From the human T2T-CHM13v2.0 reference genome, Homo sapiens: DNA of 64,000 nt. Numbering within the stretch: position 1 is the first letter of the stretch; each line of letters opens with the position of its first letter. The DNA lies in the NCBI RefSeq assembly GCF_009914755.1, contig NC_060927.1. The stretch is one strand, 5' to 3'. Under the pieces are notes generated by a model. The model did no database searches and was not told where the DNA came from. It was given only the letters and a program-made list of their open reading frames with translations. This document shows positions 29,749 through 44,324 of this stretch, in pieces. A program made the position numbers and the translations under genes.

Positions 29749-30894
29749 GGATATAGCAAAAGATTCCGAGAATTATTTCATTTTCACTTTGGTTCAAATG
29801 AGTCAGAATAATTTGTCTCCTCAAGAGTTTGTTAAAAGGGGAGGTAGACACATTTGAAAAGTAAAGAAAGTTTGCCTGTGGCACCAATTCCAATATCTCA
29901 CCTCTGTTTTCTGGTTTGCAGAGGGTTTTGAAAGAACAGACCTGCCTTTTCACATCTGTGATTATTCAACCTCCAAAGCCAATAGGATAAGACCAAACCT
30001 TTATTCCTTCCTAAGACTTCTAATCTCCAAGTAACCTCAAACCACAAAACTTACCCTCATACATTATACATTATGTTTTCAAAACTTTTACTACTCTATA
30101 TTTTTCTCCAGAGTCAAAAAGGGCTTTTGTCTCTATCATAAAATACTGGATAATGGTCAGAGTCTAGAGTAAATATTACAGGTTGGTCATTTTCTCTGCC
30201 ACATATTTGGTTTCATGGCTACTTTCTGCTCAGTTCATGAGAGGCAGAAAGGTCAAAAAAGACCTGCCAACTGGGGTCAATGCCTTTGCAACATCAGCAT
30301 TTTTAACATCTTCCTCAAAGGTCCTCACTTAGTCAACCCCAGTCTTTTTTATAGATACGCTTATTGTTAAGAGGACATTACTATAGTACAGCTTCATGCT
30401 GCTATAAATTTCTGAAAACTGTTTTGGTTTTTAAATGAGACACACCATGTGCTCACTCATCCAGATGAAGGAAAGTGCTTATCACAGCTCAGTGGGCTGG
30501 ATGAGTTTAGCAAGATACATCCTGTCGATCAATATTCCCCAAATCTATTCTCTCTGGTAGTTTTCAGTAGACCAGCTATTTTTTCATAATTAACAAGAAG
30601 AAGTTTGAGAACAAATAAAAACTTCAGAAAGTTGCCTACTCATCAATGAGCAATATTCTTCAGCTGCTTTGTTGTCAAAGAATAATCCACTTATGAGACC
30701 AAAGCAGACATTGTGGAAGTTGAAATGTTTATGTAATGAGAGTACAAGACAAATAACTATTGCAAAAATCCCTTTAATAAGAATGAGGAAGTGATCAATA
30801 TATTACTAAAACATACTTTAATAAATAATAAGATGGATCCTAAACTAATACAAATTATTTCAATTTAGCCTGTAAATTTATAACATTATTAATT

Positions 30895-31022
30895 TTTATT
30901 ATTTAATCTATTTTTTATTTTTATGGGTATATAAGTATGTATATTTTGGAGATATGTGAGATATTTTGATACAGGCATACAATGTATACTAATTGCATCG
31001 GGGTAAATAGAGTATCTTCATC
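30895..31022 (-). mobile_element. L1MA 3' end fragment
   Basis: tttatgggtatata...gtgagatattttgatacaggcatacaatgtata. Confidence 0.75.
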
Positions 31023-32837
31023 TAATTTTATCAGACTCCCAATTTGATCTGTGAGGGAGTTAACTAAATAATGGGTTATGCCTCCTGTCATAACACCTAG
31101 AAAACTGACCAAAGTATATAAAATAAAATTTTTCAGAGGCTAAACAACAAATATCACAGGACTGTGGTAAAGTCCTGTTAGAGAAGGGAAGCAAATGATA
31201 GGACTCCACAATTGACCCAGATTGCTTCCTGAGCCCACTTTTGGATCTAAAGAATATAAGGCAGAAATTAGAGGGCAGACATATAAAGAATATAAGGCAG
31301 AAATTAGGGGAGAGATAAGAGGTAAGAAAGATGGAGGTACCTGAAATTTGAAGGGCAAAGAAAGAGCCGCACAGAGAAAAAGCTCCAGAAATCAACTAAA
31401 GGGTCCTCTTGAATCTTTGGTTGAATATAGGATGATACTACATGAAACTAGGCAAAGCACAACTGCTGGAGAGAGAACAACCACCTTAAGCCATAACCAC
31501 AATAACTACCAGAACTGGCGTAAGACAGAGAGGAATTTGATTTGTGATTAGCCAGAGTGGAGACTCCTTGTTGAACACCCAGGGCATTCAGAAGAGATTC
31601 CAGAAAGACCAAGGCTGAGGAATAAGGTTCATTCCACAAAATCTACTTCAAACTTGCCACAATAAAGCTTGAAAAGGCCTCAGTAAGATCAGGCTGATAT
31701 TCAAATATGTTAAGCACCTGACATAACAGAACTCAACACACTTCAAGGAAGATAACAAAATCCAGATCCTCACAAACATAGCATTTCAAATATCTAGAAT
31801 CTAATCAAAACTTCCTAGACATGCAAAGAAGCAGAACAGCATAACCCCTAATCACGAGAAAACTCAGTAAATAAAAATAGAACTAGAAATTGCAGGGGTG
31901 ATTTAATTAAAGACTCTGAGAAACAGCATTATAAGTATGTTCATGTTCAAGGTTTAAATAAAGTAAAACATGACTCTAACAAAGGAATAGAGACTGTCTG
32001 TTAAATGGAAACCATACAAAGGAACCAGATGAAATTCTGTAGCTAAAAATATAATTAAATGAAAAATTTGCTGTACCAGCTTAATAGAAGATTAGATACT
32101 CCAGGAGAAAAGATTAGTGAATTTTAAAACCAGGTAATCAAAATAATAAAGAAAAAAGAAAAAAGAAGTCTTTAGAAAACTGGTAGAGCCTCAGTGATCT
32201 CTGAGACGATATAAGTCTAACAAATACATAATCAGAGTCTCAGAAAAGAGAAAAAGCATGGGGCACAAAAATGTTTGAAGAACCAATAGCCTAGAATTTC
32301 AAAATACTATATGAAATAGAAACACATAGATTTAAGAACCAAACCAAACCAAAAGCAGAATAAACACAAATGAAAATCACACCAAGACACATCATAATCA
32401 AATTACTGACAATGAATAATAAAGAAAACATCCTTGAAGCAGCCAACGGGAAAAAAGACACAAACACTTAATAGGAAAAAAATTATAAAATAACTCTTTA
32501 ACTTTTCATCAGAAACAAAGCCAGAAAACAACAGTAACAATAAAATGATATTGTTAAGGTTCTTGGGGGATGGGTGGGATGGAGTGTCAACTTAGGATTC
32601 TAGATCCAGAGAAAAATGTCATGAAAAAAGAAAGTAAAATGGACATTTTCAGACAAATAAAGCTGAGATCATTTATTACCAGTAACCTCCACTACAAATA
32701 ATGTTAGAGGATGTTCTTCAGAGCGAAAGAGAATAATAACAAATGTAAACATAGACCTTCACATGGGAATGAAGAATATTAAAAATAGTAAGTATATGGG
32801 TAAGTATAATTTATTTTTCCCTGTTTTAAAAACTCTA

Positions 32838-33126
32838 GGCCGGGTGCGGTGGCTCACACCTGTAATCCCAGCACTTTGGGAGGCTGAGGCAGGCAGATCA
32901 CAAGGTCAAGAGATTGAGACCATCCTGGCCAACATGCTAAAATCCCATCTCTACTAAAAATACAAAAATTAGCCAGGCATGGTGGTGAGTGCCTGTAGTC
33001 CCAGCTATTCAGGAGGCTGAGGCAGGAGAATTGCTTGAACCCAGGAGATAGAGGTTGCAGTGAGCCGAGATCGTACTGCACTCCAGCCTGGCGACAGAGT
33101 GAGACTCTGTCAAAAAACAAAACAAA
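32838..33126 (+). mobile_element. AluSc
   Basis: gtcaagagattgagaccatcctggccaacatg and cctggcgacag diagnostics; TSD aaaaactcta at 32828-32837 and 33127-33136. Confidence 0.93.
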
Positions 33127-35175
33127 AAAAACTCTAAGGTTAATTGACTTTTTAAAGCACAATTAATAATGAAGTATCATGGGGTACATAATATATGGAA
33201 GTAAAATATGACAAGAACAAAGCATAGGAGAGAATAAATGGAAGTATAATGCTAAAAACTTAAAATTATACATGAAGGTATATAATATTTCTTGAAAATA
33301 TACTTTAATAACCTATAGATGATTAATGTACATTCTAGTGTAACCATTTAAAAATACATGAAGAATTGTAGCTAAAATCCAATGGAGGAAATAAAATGAA
33401 ATATTAGAAAAATAAATTCAAAGTAAGACTTTAAAAAAGAAAAAATAAAACAAAGATTATACCAGACAAGAATAAAACTAATAGTAAGATGGTAGACTTA
33501 AACTCAAACATGTTAATAATAACATTGCATAGAAATGTACTAACTACACAAATTAAAATGCAGAGATTATCAGGCTAGACTAAAAACAACAAGATTCAAC
33601 TTACTTGAAATATAAAAACACAGGTAGGCTAAAAGTAAAGGGTTATATTATGTAAACAGTAATCATAGGAAAGCTGGAATGACTTTATTAATATCAGAGA
33701 AAGTAAACTTTAGAATAAGGATTTTATTAAAAATAAAATAAAAAGGGATATTTTATATGATAACAGAGCCAGTCCATCAAAAATGATGTAGCAGTTCTAA
33801 TTGTGATTCCAAACAATTTTAGAGCTTCAAATGAAGCAAACACTAACAAAACAAAGGAAAAATGGATAAATCTACAATTATAACTGAAGACTTCAAAGTC
33901 CTTCTGTCAGTAACTGATAAAATAAATAGACAGGAAATTAGTAAAAATGTAGAAGAGTTGAGCATTCTTATCAACTGACTTGACCAAATTGATACTTATG
34001 GATCACTATTCCCAACAACAATCTTTACTAGGATGCATAAAATATTCTCCAAAATAAGTCATATTTCTAGACCATTAAAAAATCAATTTAAATAATTAAA
34101 ACTATTCAAAATATGATCTCTGATCACAATGGCATTAAATTATAAATCAATAACAATAAATCTGAAAAATTAAAATAGTGGGAATTAAGGAAAAAACCTT
34201 TTACAACCCATGTGTCAAAGAAGAAATCATAAAGACAATTAAAAAACATCTCAAATTGAACAATATCAAAAACACAGTATATCAGAATCTGCAGAATTAA
34301 CTAAGCAGAATTACCTTTATGGTTTCAAAGCTTGTATTAGAAAAGAAGCAAGGTTTAAATTAATGATCTAAGCATACACTATAAGAAGTTAAGTAGAGCA
34401 AAGTAAACCCACAGTAAGTTGAAGTAAGAAAATAATAGAAATAAAAGCAGAAATCGATCAAATACAAAACAGAAATAAAAAGAGAAAAATGAATGGAATC
34501 AAATATTGATTATTTAAAAAGATTAATATAATTGAAAAATCTCTAGCTACTCTGATTGAAAAGAAATAAAACACAGATTACCAATATCAGAAATGAAAGA
34601 GGAGACATAATTAGAGATCTTACAGAATTTAAAATGTTAAATATAAAATATTGAAACAATAGTATGCAAATAAATTCAACAACTTAGATGAAATAGACAT
34701 ATTACTTAAAAGCACACAAGACTAAATTAAAAATCTGAATAGCCCCATATGTATTTACAAAATTGATTTCATAATTTGATATCTTCTGACAAAGACAACT
34801 TCACCCAAATAGCTTCACTGGTGAATTCTATTAAAAGTTTAAGGAATAAATGATATCTATCTTATGAAAACTCTTTTGTAGAAGAGAAAAGAAGGGAACA
34901 ATTTTCAACTCATTTTACAAGTCCAGCATAACCATGATACTAAAATCATAGATATTAGGGAGAAAAAATACAACTAACAGACCAATATTTTTTTAACATA
35001 GATACAAAAATCCTTAACAAAATAATAAATTTACCTCTAGCAAAGTATAACAAACACATAATGATAAAGGAATCTCGAGAATAAGATGTTGATTTAATAT
35101 TCAAAAATCAATCCACATTAATAGAATATGGACAAAAAGCTTACATAATAATCTCTCAAAAAATGCAGAAAAAGC

Positions 35176-35463
<288 letters not shown>

Positions 35464-37109
35464 GAAAAAGTATTTTACAAATTAAAATCCATTCATTATA
35501 ATAACTGTCGGTAAACTAAGAGTAAATAGCAACTTCTTCAATAAAGGGTATCTATTAAAACTCTACAGCAAACATCATATTTAATGGTAAAATACCTAAC
35601 ACTATCTTCATAAGATGAAAAACTATTACTGCTCCTATTACTGTCATTCAGCATTGTAATGAAGGCTTTGGTTAATGCAGAATGGCAGGAAGTAAGAGAG
35701 AGAATAGGCATATACATCAGAAAGGAAAAAATAAAACAATTAATATCTTTATTTGCAGGTGACAAGATTGTGTTGTACATAATTCTAAGAAATTTATAAG
35801 AAATATACCAGAACGAGTTAGTGGATTTAGCAGTCATATGATAGAAGGTCAATATGCAAAATAAATTTTATGTACCACATTCATACATATAATTAGCAAC
35901 AAGAAACTGGAAAGTGTGATTTAAAATTACACCATTTACAATAACATCAAAAACATAAAAACTTCAAAATAAATTTAACTATATATGTGCAAGATCTCCA
36001 CACTGAAAACTAAAAAACAATTCTGAGAAAAATTTACAACCTAAACAAACAGAGAACTATACCATATTAATCAATTTGAAGACTCAATATTTTAAGAGGT
36101 CAATTCTTCCCAAATTGATCTTTAGATTTAATAACATCTTAATGAAAATTTTAGGAGAATCTCTTGTAGAAACCAACAAACTGATTCTTACTGTCTATGG
36201 AAATGCAAAAGACCTAACATAGAAATAAAAAAATAACAAATTAAGGAATATCACATCTAATTTACTGACAAAGCTACAGTAATTAAAATATAATAATATT
36301 GCCATAAAATTAGACAAATATATGAATGGAACAGAATGGAAAGTCCAAAATTGACACAATCTTGTCAAATCTATTGTTTTTTTTACAAAGGAGTCAACAT
36401 GATTCAATGGATAAAGTCTTTTCATCCAGTACTACTGAAACAACAAGATATCCATATGAGAAAAAAAAAAGTCTTGGACCCTATCTCAATCTGTACATAA
36501 AAAGTAATTTAACATAGATTATAGACTTAAACATAAAAGCTAAAGCTATAAAATTGTGAAAACGGAAGTAGGAAAATATAGTGATCTTGTGGTAGGCAAA
36601 GATTTCTCACAAAGGATCCAGAAAGCAATAATCTCACACACCAAAATATACAAATTAAGCTTCCAAATTTTAAATTTTGGTTTGCCAAAAGATATAACTA
36701 AAAAGAAAAGGAGAGTCACAGCTTGGGAGAAAATATTTGTCGTGCACATACTGAACAAGCACCTGTATCCAGAATATATGAAGCACAATTATACCTCAAT
36801 AATAATCCTATAAATAATGGGCCAAATAATTTAACAGCTTGTACAAAATAAAATACACAAATGCACAATAAGCTCATGAAAACATGTCCAACATCATTAA
36901 CTATCAGCAAATGCAAATTAAAGCCACAAAGGGATATTTCAAAATATTTAATAAAAATGATATCCAAAATATCCAATAAAAAGACTGAGAATATGAAATG
37001 TAGGCAAGGATGCAGAGCTACTGGAATTCTTATATGTTGGTGGTAAAAGTATAAACTATACAATGAACCTGGAAGGGTACCCAGCAGTTTCTCATAAAAT
37101 TAAACATTC

Positions 37110-37554
37110 TGCTATGTTTTGGATATGGCTTGCCCCCACCAAAACTCAGGATGAAATTTGATCTCCAATTTGGTGGTGTTGGGAGGTAGGACTAAGTGGA
37201 AGGTATTTGGGTCATGGGGGCAGATTTCTCATGAATGTCTTGGTGCTCTCTAGAGTTTTCTCTCTGGCAAGAGTGGATTAGATCCTTCAGGAATGGATTC
37301 CTTCCTATGAAAGTGAATTGTTAGAAAGCAAGGATGCCCCTCAGGTTTTGCCCCACTGCATGTGTCTGCTTCCCCATTGACCTTCTGTCATGTTGTCACA
37401 CAGCATAAATGCCCTTGCCAGAAGCCAAGCAGATGCCGGTACCATGCCCCTTGAACTTCCTAGCCATAGAACCATGAGCTAAATAAGCCTCTTTTCTTTA
37501 TAAATTACCTAGTCTCAGGTATTCTGCTATAGCAACACAAAATAGACTAAGACA
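37110..37554 (+). mobile_element. MSTB-like MaLR solo LTR nested in L1M
   Basis: tgctatgttttggatatgg...aatagactaagaca; TSD cattc/catcc. Confidence 0.88.
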
Positions 37555-38063
37555 CATCCCTACTCAATAACATAGCTGCCTCTTCAACATATTCACCCTA
37601 AGGAAATAAAAACATATGCACATAAAAACTCTTACATTAGAATGCTCATAGCAGTTTTATTGACAACAGCCAAAAGCTGGAAATAACCAAAATGTCCATC
37701 AATAAAAGGATGGAAAAGCAAATTGCTGTATATTCATAAAATTGAATGTTATTTAGTAATAAAAATGTACAAACTACTGACATATATAAAATGTGGATAA
37801 ACCTCAAAAACATGAAAGTGATCAAAAGAAGCCAGACACAAAAGGATACATACTAAATGATTCTTTTTATATAAAGTTCTAGAGGAGACAAAAGTTGTCT
37901 CTAATGACAAAATTCAAAATAGTATTGCATGATGAATGGGGCCTGGACTGGCCGGAAAAAGGCATAAAGAGACCTTTAGGGGTGATGAACATGCTCTATA
38001 TCATAATGGGGTAGGTGTACGCACTTGACCTCATTCACTGTACCCTTCAGATTTATGCATCCC

Positions 38064-38359
38064 GGCCGGGCACGGTGGCTCACACCTGTAATCCCAGCAC
38101 TTTGGGAGGCCGAGGCGAGCGGATCATAAGGTCAGGAGGTTGAGACCATCCTGGCTAACATGTGAAAACCCATCTCCACAAAAAATACAAAAAATTAGCC
38201 TGGCGTGGTGGCATGCGCCTGTAGTCCCAGCTACTTCGGAGACTGGGGCAGGAGAATCGCTTGAACCCAGGAGGCAAGAGGTTGCAGTGAGCTGAGATTG
38301 TGCCACTGCACTACAGCCTGGGCAACAGAGCGAGACACCATCTCAAAAGAAAAAAAAAA
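38064..38359 (+). mobile_element. AluSc/Sc8-like
   Basis: Full dimer; exact 15-bp TSD agatttatgcatccc at 38049-38063 and 38360-38374. Confidence 0.95.
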
Positions 38360-38639
38360 AGATTTATGCATCCCTATGTATGTAAATTTTACTTCAATAA
38401 TCTAATCCCACTGAAATGTTTGAGCACCTCTATGTACAAAGATCACATGGAAAATAGTGGACAAATAATATGAATGACATACTTATTTTTAACTTCAGAT
38501 ATGGTTATATGAGGATTAAACATTTAAACAACTCACAATTCTGCAGTTCAAATGAATGCTGTACAGATTAAAGACAGAGTAATTTTAGAAATTATTCTAA
38601 GAAATTTATTCATTCAACTTGGAAGATATGAGTCATCTT

Positions 38640-40400
38640 TCATTTCAAAAAATGTTTATTGAGCACCTATAACAGTCAATGTACTAGGATGATAGATAAT
38701 GTTCATTGAGCATCTAAAATGTGCAGACGCTGTGCTAATTTCACTGTAACATCATCTTACTGCAGCACAGTAGTTAAGAGCCAAGCAGATCTGGGTTTCG
38801 GTTCAGACTTTGTAACCTGCTATTTATATATAAACTCAGGGAAATGATTAAACTTCCATAAATTCAAAATTCTCACTTGTCAAGTGAGAATCATAGTAAC
38901 TGTACCTATTTTGTTGTATGTTAGTAAAGATTAAATAAAATAGGCAAAATAAAGACATGGTCCAAATCCTACAGAATCAAGTAGGATGCTGACAACAAAT
39001 AACTTCATTATAGTGTGTTTAGAAGTACGCCACTGGTGCTATACAGAGAAGAGGAAGAGGAGGTAAGATAAATTCCTTAGAAAGATGCCTAAATGGAATA
39101 TTGAAGAATAACAGAAGAATTGAAAAATACATGAACTACAGGCAAAGGAAACATCATAAACATAATCTCAAAGGCAAAAAGTTAAAAGTCCTAATTGCTG
39201 GAATGCAAAACACAAGGCAGATAAGGCAGGACAGATTCAGAGGGCCCAAGTTTTATAGAAGGTTTTATATTACATGTTAAAAAGTTTGACCTATATTCTG
39301 TAGGCTCTTAGGAGCCATTGAAGGGTTTTAAGTGACAGCAATTTGGCATTTTAAAAACACAGGTGGCTCTATGGAAGTTGTATTTGAAAATGGCAAGGTT
39401 GGTATATGAGAGGGAACTTAGGAGGCTGTTACAAAATTTCAGGCAAGACATAATAAGGCATAAACTAGGGCAACTGTAGAGGCATGAAGATGGTGAAGTT
39501 CTGAGAAATTCAGAGGAAGTAAAATGGGCAAAGCAAACTAAGTCATTGGCTGTGAGGGGTGAGGGAGATAACATGCAGATTTGTTTCCTGAGTTACAATA
39601 GTCTCATAAGGATTGTAGGAGAAAGAATAGGTTTGATTTTGAGCATGTTACATTTGAGATACCTCTATGAATCCCAAGGGATTATGCATAGCCCTGGTGA
39701 ATCTGCATGTAAAGCTCAGAAGAAAGTTTAAGAGTCATATGAATTGGGGAGCTGTGGAGTATAAAGAAATAGATCTATTAAGATGACTGAGATCATCTAA
39801 AAAGAAAACAAGAGTACAAACTGAGATGAGCCAAAGACATAACCCTGGGGTCACTAATTAAAGCAACTGGTAAATGAAGAACTTAGAAGGAAGGCAGAAA
39901 GAAATAGAAAAAAAAAAAAAAGTAGGAAGCAAACAAAGAGAGAGTAACATCCCAGAAAAAAAGAGACCAGAAAATTGGTCTTTGAGCAGTGAAAGGTGAG
40001 ACGGGTATATTAGGTAGAGCAAAAGCCTGAAAGTTTCATGCTGTGTTCAGGAAAATATCCACACATTAAAAATGTAGTTTAAAGTGAATTAAGAGACTGG
40101 GACCAGCTAATGGGGTCTTGAAGTCAGTGCTAGTAAGTTCAAGTTTTACTCTCAAGCATTGGGAAAGTATTATAAGTTATTTGGGAGAAAAGTTACATAT
40201 TCAATTGTTTATTTCAGAAGTCAAACTCTAATTTTGGTGTGAAAGAAAGAATGGAGACAGAAGAGATGCTAGAAGAGCATTTGGGTGGCAGTTGCAAAAT
40301 ATGGGAGTTGAAGGTGAGTGCCTGAATTAAGAGGATGGGAAGTCAGACTAGCAAGTTCTTTCCCCTGGGAGGGTAGGAAGAGTCATATGAATTGAGGAGC
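38640..40400 (-). mobile_element. Decayed L2 with nested MIR fragments
   Basis: tgtttattgagcacctat (reverse L2 tail), ggagccattgaagggttttaag; MIR cagtagttaagagcc...ctgggtttc. Confidence 0.6.
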
Positions 40401-40410
40401 CATTGGTGGG

Positions 40411-40870
40411 TGTTACCAGTGAATACCTTGGGACCTGGTTTAGGGAAGTGAGAACTGAGACCATCTATGTCCACATGACTTACAGTCTGTAGACCACCTA
40501 TGTCAATGTGGCTTAGTTCTTTGTTTTAGAAAAAACTTTTCCAAGGCAAAATAAGACTGTACGGCAAAAAATAATTCCTGATTGTTTCAGATAACTGTAT
40601 CAAAAAGTTTGTTCACCTGAGCAAACAGCCCACTTACCAAAGAAAAGTTTACTTATCAAGACTTTCTGTAGGAGATTTTGTACAGTCTCAATTAGCTCCG
40701 ATCTTGAAGACTTTTAATTACTTGATCTTAGTTGCCAATATTCCGTAGATATTCTGCTTCTGACTTCCAATTCTGAGACACTAATAAGACTCTTAAACTG
40801 GTGTTCTTCCTTACTGCGACAAGTTCTAGTTAAATTTTGCTTAACAGATTCCTTGGTGATAATTGAGAAA
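40411..40870 (+). mobile_element. Old ERV1 LTR (MER67/MER31-like)
   Basis: tgttaccag start; gtgttcttccttactgc...cttaacagattccttggtgat 3' motif. Confidence 0.35.
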
Positions 40871-41024
40871 GTTTATTAGAGAGAATATAATGAATGCATT
40901 GTGCGACATATTTGACTTGAAAGATCTGGAAGACATTGGCAAGCAGGTAAAAATTTTGATATAGGGCTAAAAAGAAGATGGATGTAAAAATTTACATTTA
41001 ATAAAGTTTTCAAAAAATCACTAT

Positions 41025-41841
41025 TGTTGGGGCTCAGAGGATGATACCCCAGAATATGGTGCTTTGACATGCTGAGAGCTTTTGAATTAAAGGAAACTTG
41101 AAGGCCTTAGAGCTGCCTCAGAACCAAAACCTTTCTAACCTCTTGTTTTTCACCACCCCTCCCAAGCCCCACTCAATCCCCACCCCACTCCACTCCCATC
41201 ACAAACCCACATCCACTTCCACCACCACCCACCCAAGTGCAAAGAGGAACTCTCTCTGAAAGTTCCCTAATCTGGCAAGGAAACTTCTTCCAAAATAAAA
41301 TTCAATTGTCTTAAAACTCTCTCCCTAGGGATCTCATCAAATAACCAGAGAAAAGACTAAAAGTCATTGCCACACACAGGCAGACTTTTCATGTAGTGTG
41401 AGGGCAGCAACAAAAAATTACCTGGAAGACTTTATCTGGCATAATAAGACAGCATTTGTTCACACTGAAGTTCCACTCCTCACTTTTTGGCAATTCATCA
41501 CCTCACCCAGAGCTCAGAGGAAACTTATCCCAGATCACTGTCTGTTCTGTCCCGTTTAGTTTCCAAAGAGAATCATTTACAAACTATTGTCTGCTATTTT
41601 GGGCCCATTCAATTCTCAAAAAAATCATTTACTACCCTTCAAAAATGCCTACATTTCCCCATTTCCCCTTTCCCTATGAAGAAGAATATTTAACTTGCAA
41701 CCCTCATTGGCTTGATAATCATTCTTCTGTAATTTTTCCCCCATGCACCTTAAGAAATGTGTATGCCTTTTCTCCCATTATAGTCAGTTCATTTCAGTGA
41801 ACCTTCAAAGGGCAGAGGGAAGTTTTCCTTTAGCTCCTACA
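41025..41841 (+). mobile_element. MER39-type ERV1 solo LTR
   Basis: tgttggggctcagaggatgataccccagaatatggtgctttgacatgctg...ttcagtgaaccttcaaagggcagagggaagttttcc...ctaca. Confidence 0.8.
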
Positions 41842-42509
41842 AGATCATATCACTCAGATGGGCAAAATATGGATTCAGGTCAAAATGTTATAAACTAATA
41901 AAAATTATATTTTTCTTTAATCTTCTCATCAAACTACACAACCACTGTTTCCCACTGTACGTCCTCCACTTTATGAAGGTTTGTCATGCCAAGCTCATCC
42001 CTGACTCCATGATTTAGTTGATGTTGCTTTTCCCACCTTTAATAATTTTTTCCTGTTTTCCACAGTTTAAATTCCTCAGGGCTAGCAGCCCCCTTCTAGC
42101 TCTTGAAGCTTTTTCAGAGGCTTCATTAATTCTCAGTGTTTTCCCCTTCTCTTTTCTCTGTTGCTTAACTGCTCTCCAATCCATCACGCATTTGTTTTGT
42201 ATCCCTGAGAATATTAAAATTGCCTTAAAGAGAGTGATCAATACTTACCTTTTTTATTGCTCCCAGTCCCTAGTTTATTTCAGAACTTGTAAGCCTTCAA
42301 TGTATATATTTAAATGTATTAATTTGAACTCAGGAAGGTTAAGAGGAAATTCACATGTGTTTCTTTGCAAAAAAAGATATGTTTAGCAATTACCTGGTTA
42401 ATATCTATTAGCTTAATTTGAGAGATTAGGAGAGAATGAAAAGGATATCTGAAAACATATTTAAGCTAAAGATCTAAAAGATGCAAAATTTTTAATTAGT
42501 TTCTGAAAT

Positions 42510-43215
42510 TATTATATAGTAGGTAGCTAGTCAGACATAATAGGGCAGGAGAGTGCCCTCCCAACCTCCAACCAGGAATGTCAGGTGACAATCAAGTGAT
42601 GGTCAGGTGGTTAAGAGTCTCTCTAAAATAATAATTGATTGCAGCCAGTACCAGAGAAAGGCAGTCTTCTACAGATAGGAAAAAGCTGAAACTGGTAATC
42701 AGTAGCTTCCAGTAAGATCTCAGGAGTTGAGAGAGTAGGCTTAAGCATGCGCACTAAGAGACAAAAATGGCAGAGTTTAACTGGTATATGACCTCCTAGG
42801 GACATTTGGCTGGTAAGGGAAGACGGCCTCAAGTAAGCATGCATACAATTCAAGTAAACGCACTGCACATGCCCCCCTCCAAAGTGCTAGCAGCCACTAC
42901 ACATGTGAATGGCCAACCACAAGGAAAGAATCAGGAGTGAAGGGACACAAGAACCCAGAAGTTCACCAACATATAAAACCCCAAATCAAAAGGTCAAAAG
43001 GTGCACTTGTCCTTCAAGTTGCCTGCTTGGCCTTCTTCCAAGTGTACTTTCCTCCTTTTCATTCCTGCTCTAAAGCATTTTAATAAACATTCAATTCTGC
43101 TCTAAAACTTGCCTCAGTCCCTTCTTCTGCCTTATGCCACTCCATTGACTTCTTTCTTCTGAGGAGGCAAGAATTGAGGTTGCTGTAGACCCATACGGAC
43201 TTGCCACTGATAACA
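42510..43215 (+). mobile_element. MER50 ERV1 solo LTR
   Basis: agtaggtagctagtcagacat...ccaggaatgtcaggtgac...gaggaggcaagaattgaggttgctg...taaca; TATA atataaaa; aataaa; 4-bp TSD aaat. Confidence 0.85.
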
Positions 43216-43563
43216 AAATGTGGATTGTAAGTATTTTGCATCAAACATTTATCTATGTATATAGAAGCATATACATAGTTATGTGTAAGGCTGGGAGGAT
43301 ATGTACCCAAATGTTAACAGTGGTTATCTTATGTGTAATGAAGGTAGGAGAAAGGATTGCAGGCAACTTTTTCTTCCTTATTTTCATCTTATTTATTTAA
43401 TTTATTCTAGAGCACACTGGTATTTGTTGGGTAATAAAACGTAGTTGAACAAAATTAAAAGTATCAGTGTTCATTGTAGAAGTCTTTACAAGGTGTGTTA
43501 GAAATATGTGAGCACAATTATTCATCCTCAAAATAGAATAGTGAAAGAGAATGAAAGTGACAA

Positions 43564-44324
43564 TGTAAGGACTAAAGGAAAACTTCCCTTCTGTCCTCTG
43601 AAGGTTTGCTGAAATGAACTGACAATAAACAAATTAGCAGAAGAAAAGGCATAAATTTTCATTAATGTACATAGAAAAAATGACAGAAGAGTGATTACCC
43701 AACAAACAAAAGAGGCTCAGAATCTTTTATACCCTTCTCTCTTAGTCAGGGTTCTCTAGAGGGACAGAACTAATAGATGTATATATGAAGATGAGTTTAT
43801 TAAGGAGTATTGACTCACATGATCACAAGGTGAAGTCCCACAATAGGCCTTCTGCAAGCTGAGGAGAAAGGAAGCCAGTTCGAGTCCCAAAACCTCAAAA
43901 GTGGGGAAGCCAACAGTGCAGTCTTCAGCCTATGGCCAAAGGCCCAAGAGCCCTTGGCAAATCACTGGTGTAAGTCAGAGAGTCCAAAAGCCAAAGAACT
44001 TGGAGTCTGATGTTTGAGGGCAGGAAGCATCCAGCACAGGTGAAAGATGAAGGCAGGAAGACTCAAGTCAAGGCAAGTCAAGTCCTTCTACGTTCTTCTG
44101 CCTGCTTTATTCTGGCTGTGCTGGCAGCTGATTAGATTGTGCCCATCCAGATTGAGGGTGGGTCTGCCTCTCCCAGTCCACTAATGCAAATGTTAATCTC
44201 CTTTGGCAACACCCTCACAGACACACCTAGGAACAATACTTTGCATCCTTCAATCCAATCAAGTTGACAGAAGAGAGGGAAATCAGAAAACTTAGAGAAT
44301 TGTGAGGGGTATAAATAATTTTTA
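43564..44324 (-). mobile_element. MER34/MER39-group LTR 3' part, split by MLT2A2 and cut off at the L1
   Basis: tgtaaggactaaaggaaaacttcccttctgtcctctgaaggtt is the reverse complement of the same LTR end seen at 41800-41841; it appears to resume at 44270-44324. Confidence 0.6.
43741..44269 (-). mobile_element. MLT2A2 (HERV-L) solo LTR, ends slightly clipped
   Basis: ttagtcagggttctctagagggacagaactaatag...ctttgcatccttcaatccaatcaagttgaca; contains the longer A2-type internal block. Confidence 0.88.

Noticed and set aside
30465-30496. AAAGTGCTTAT resembling a miR-17/20 5' end, or a snoRNA
   Set aside because: Lies in the loop, not the stem, of the hairpin; no canonical C/D boxes
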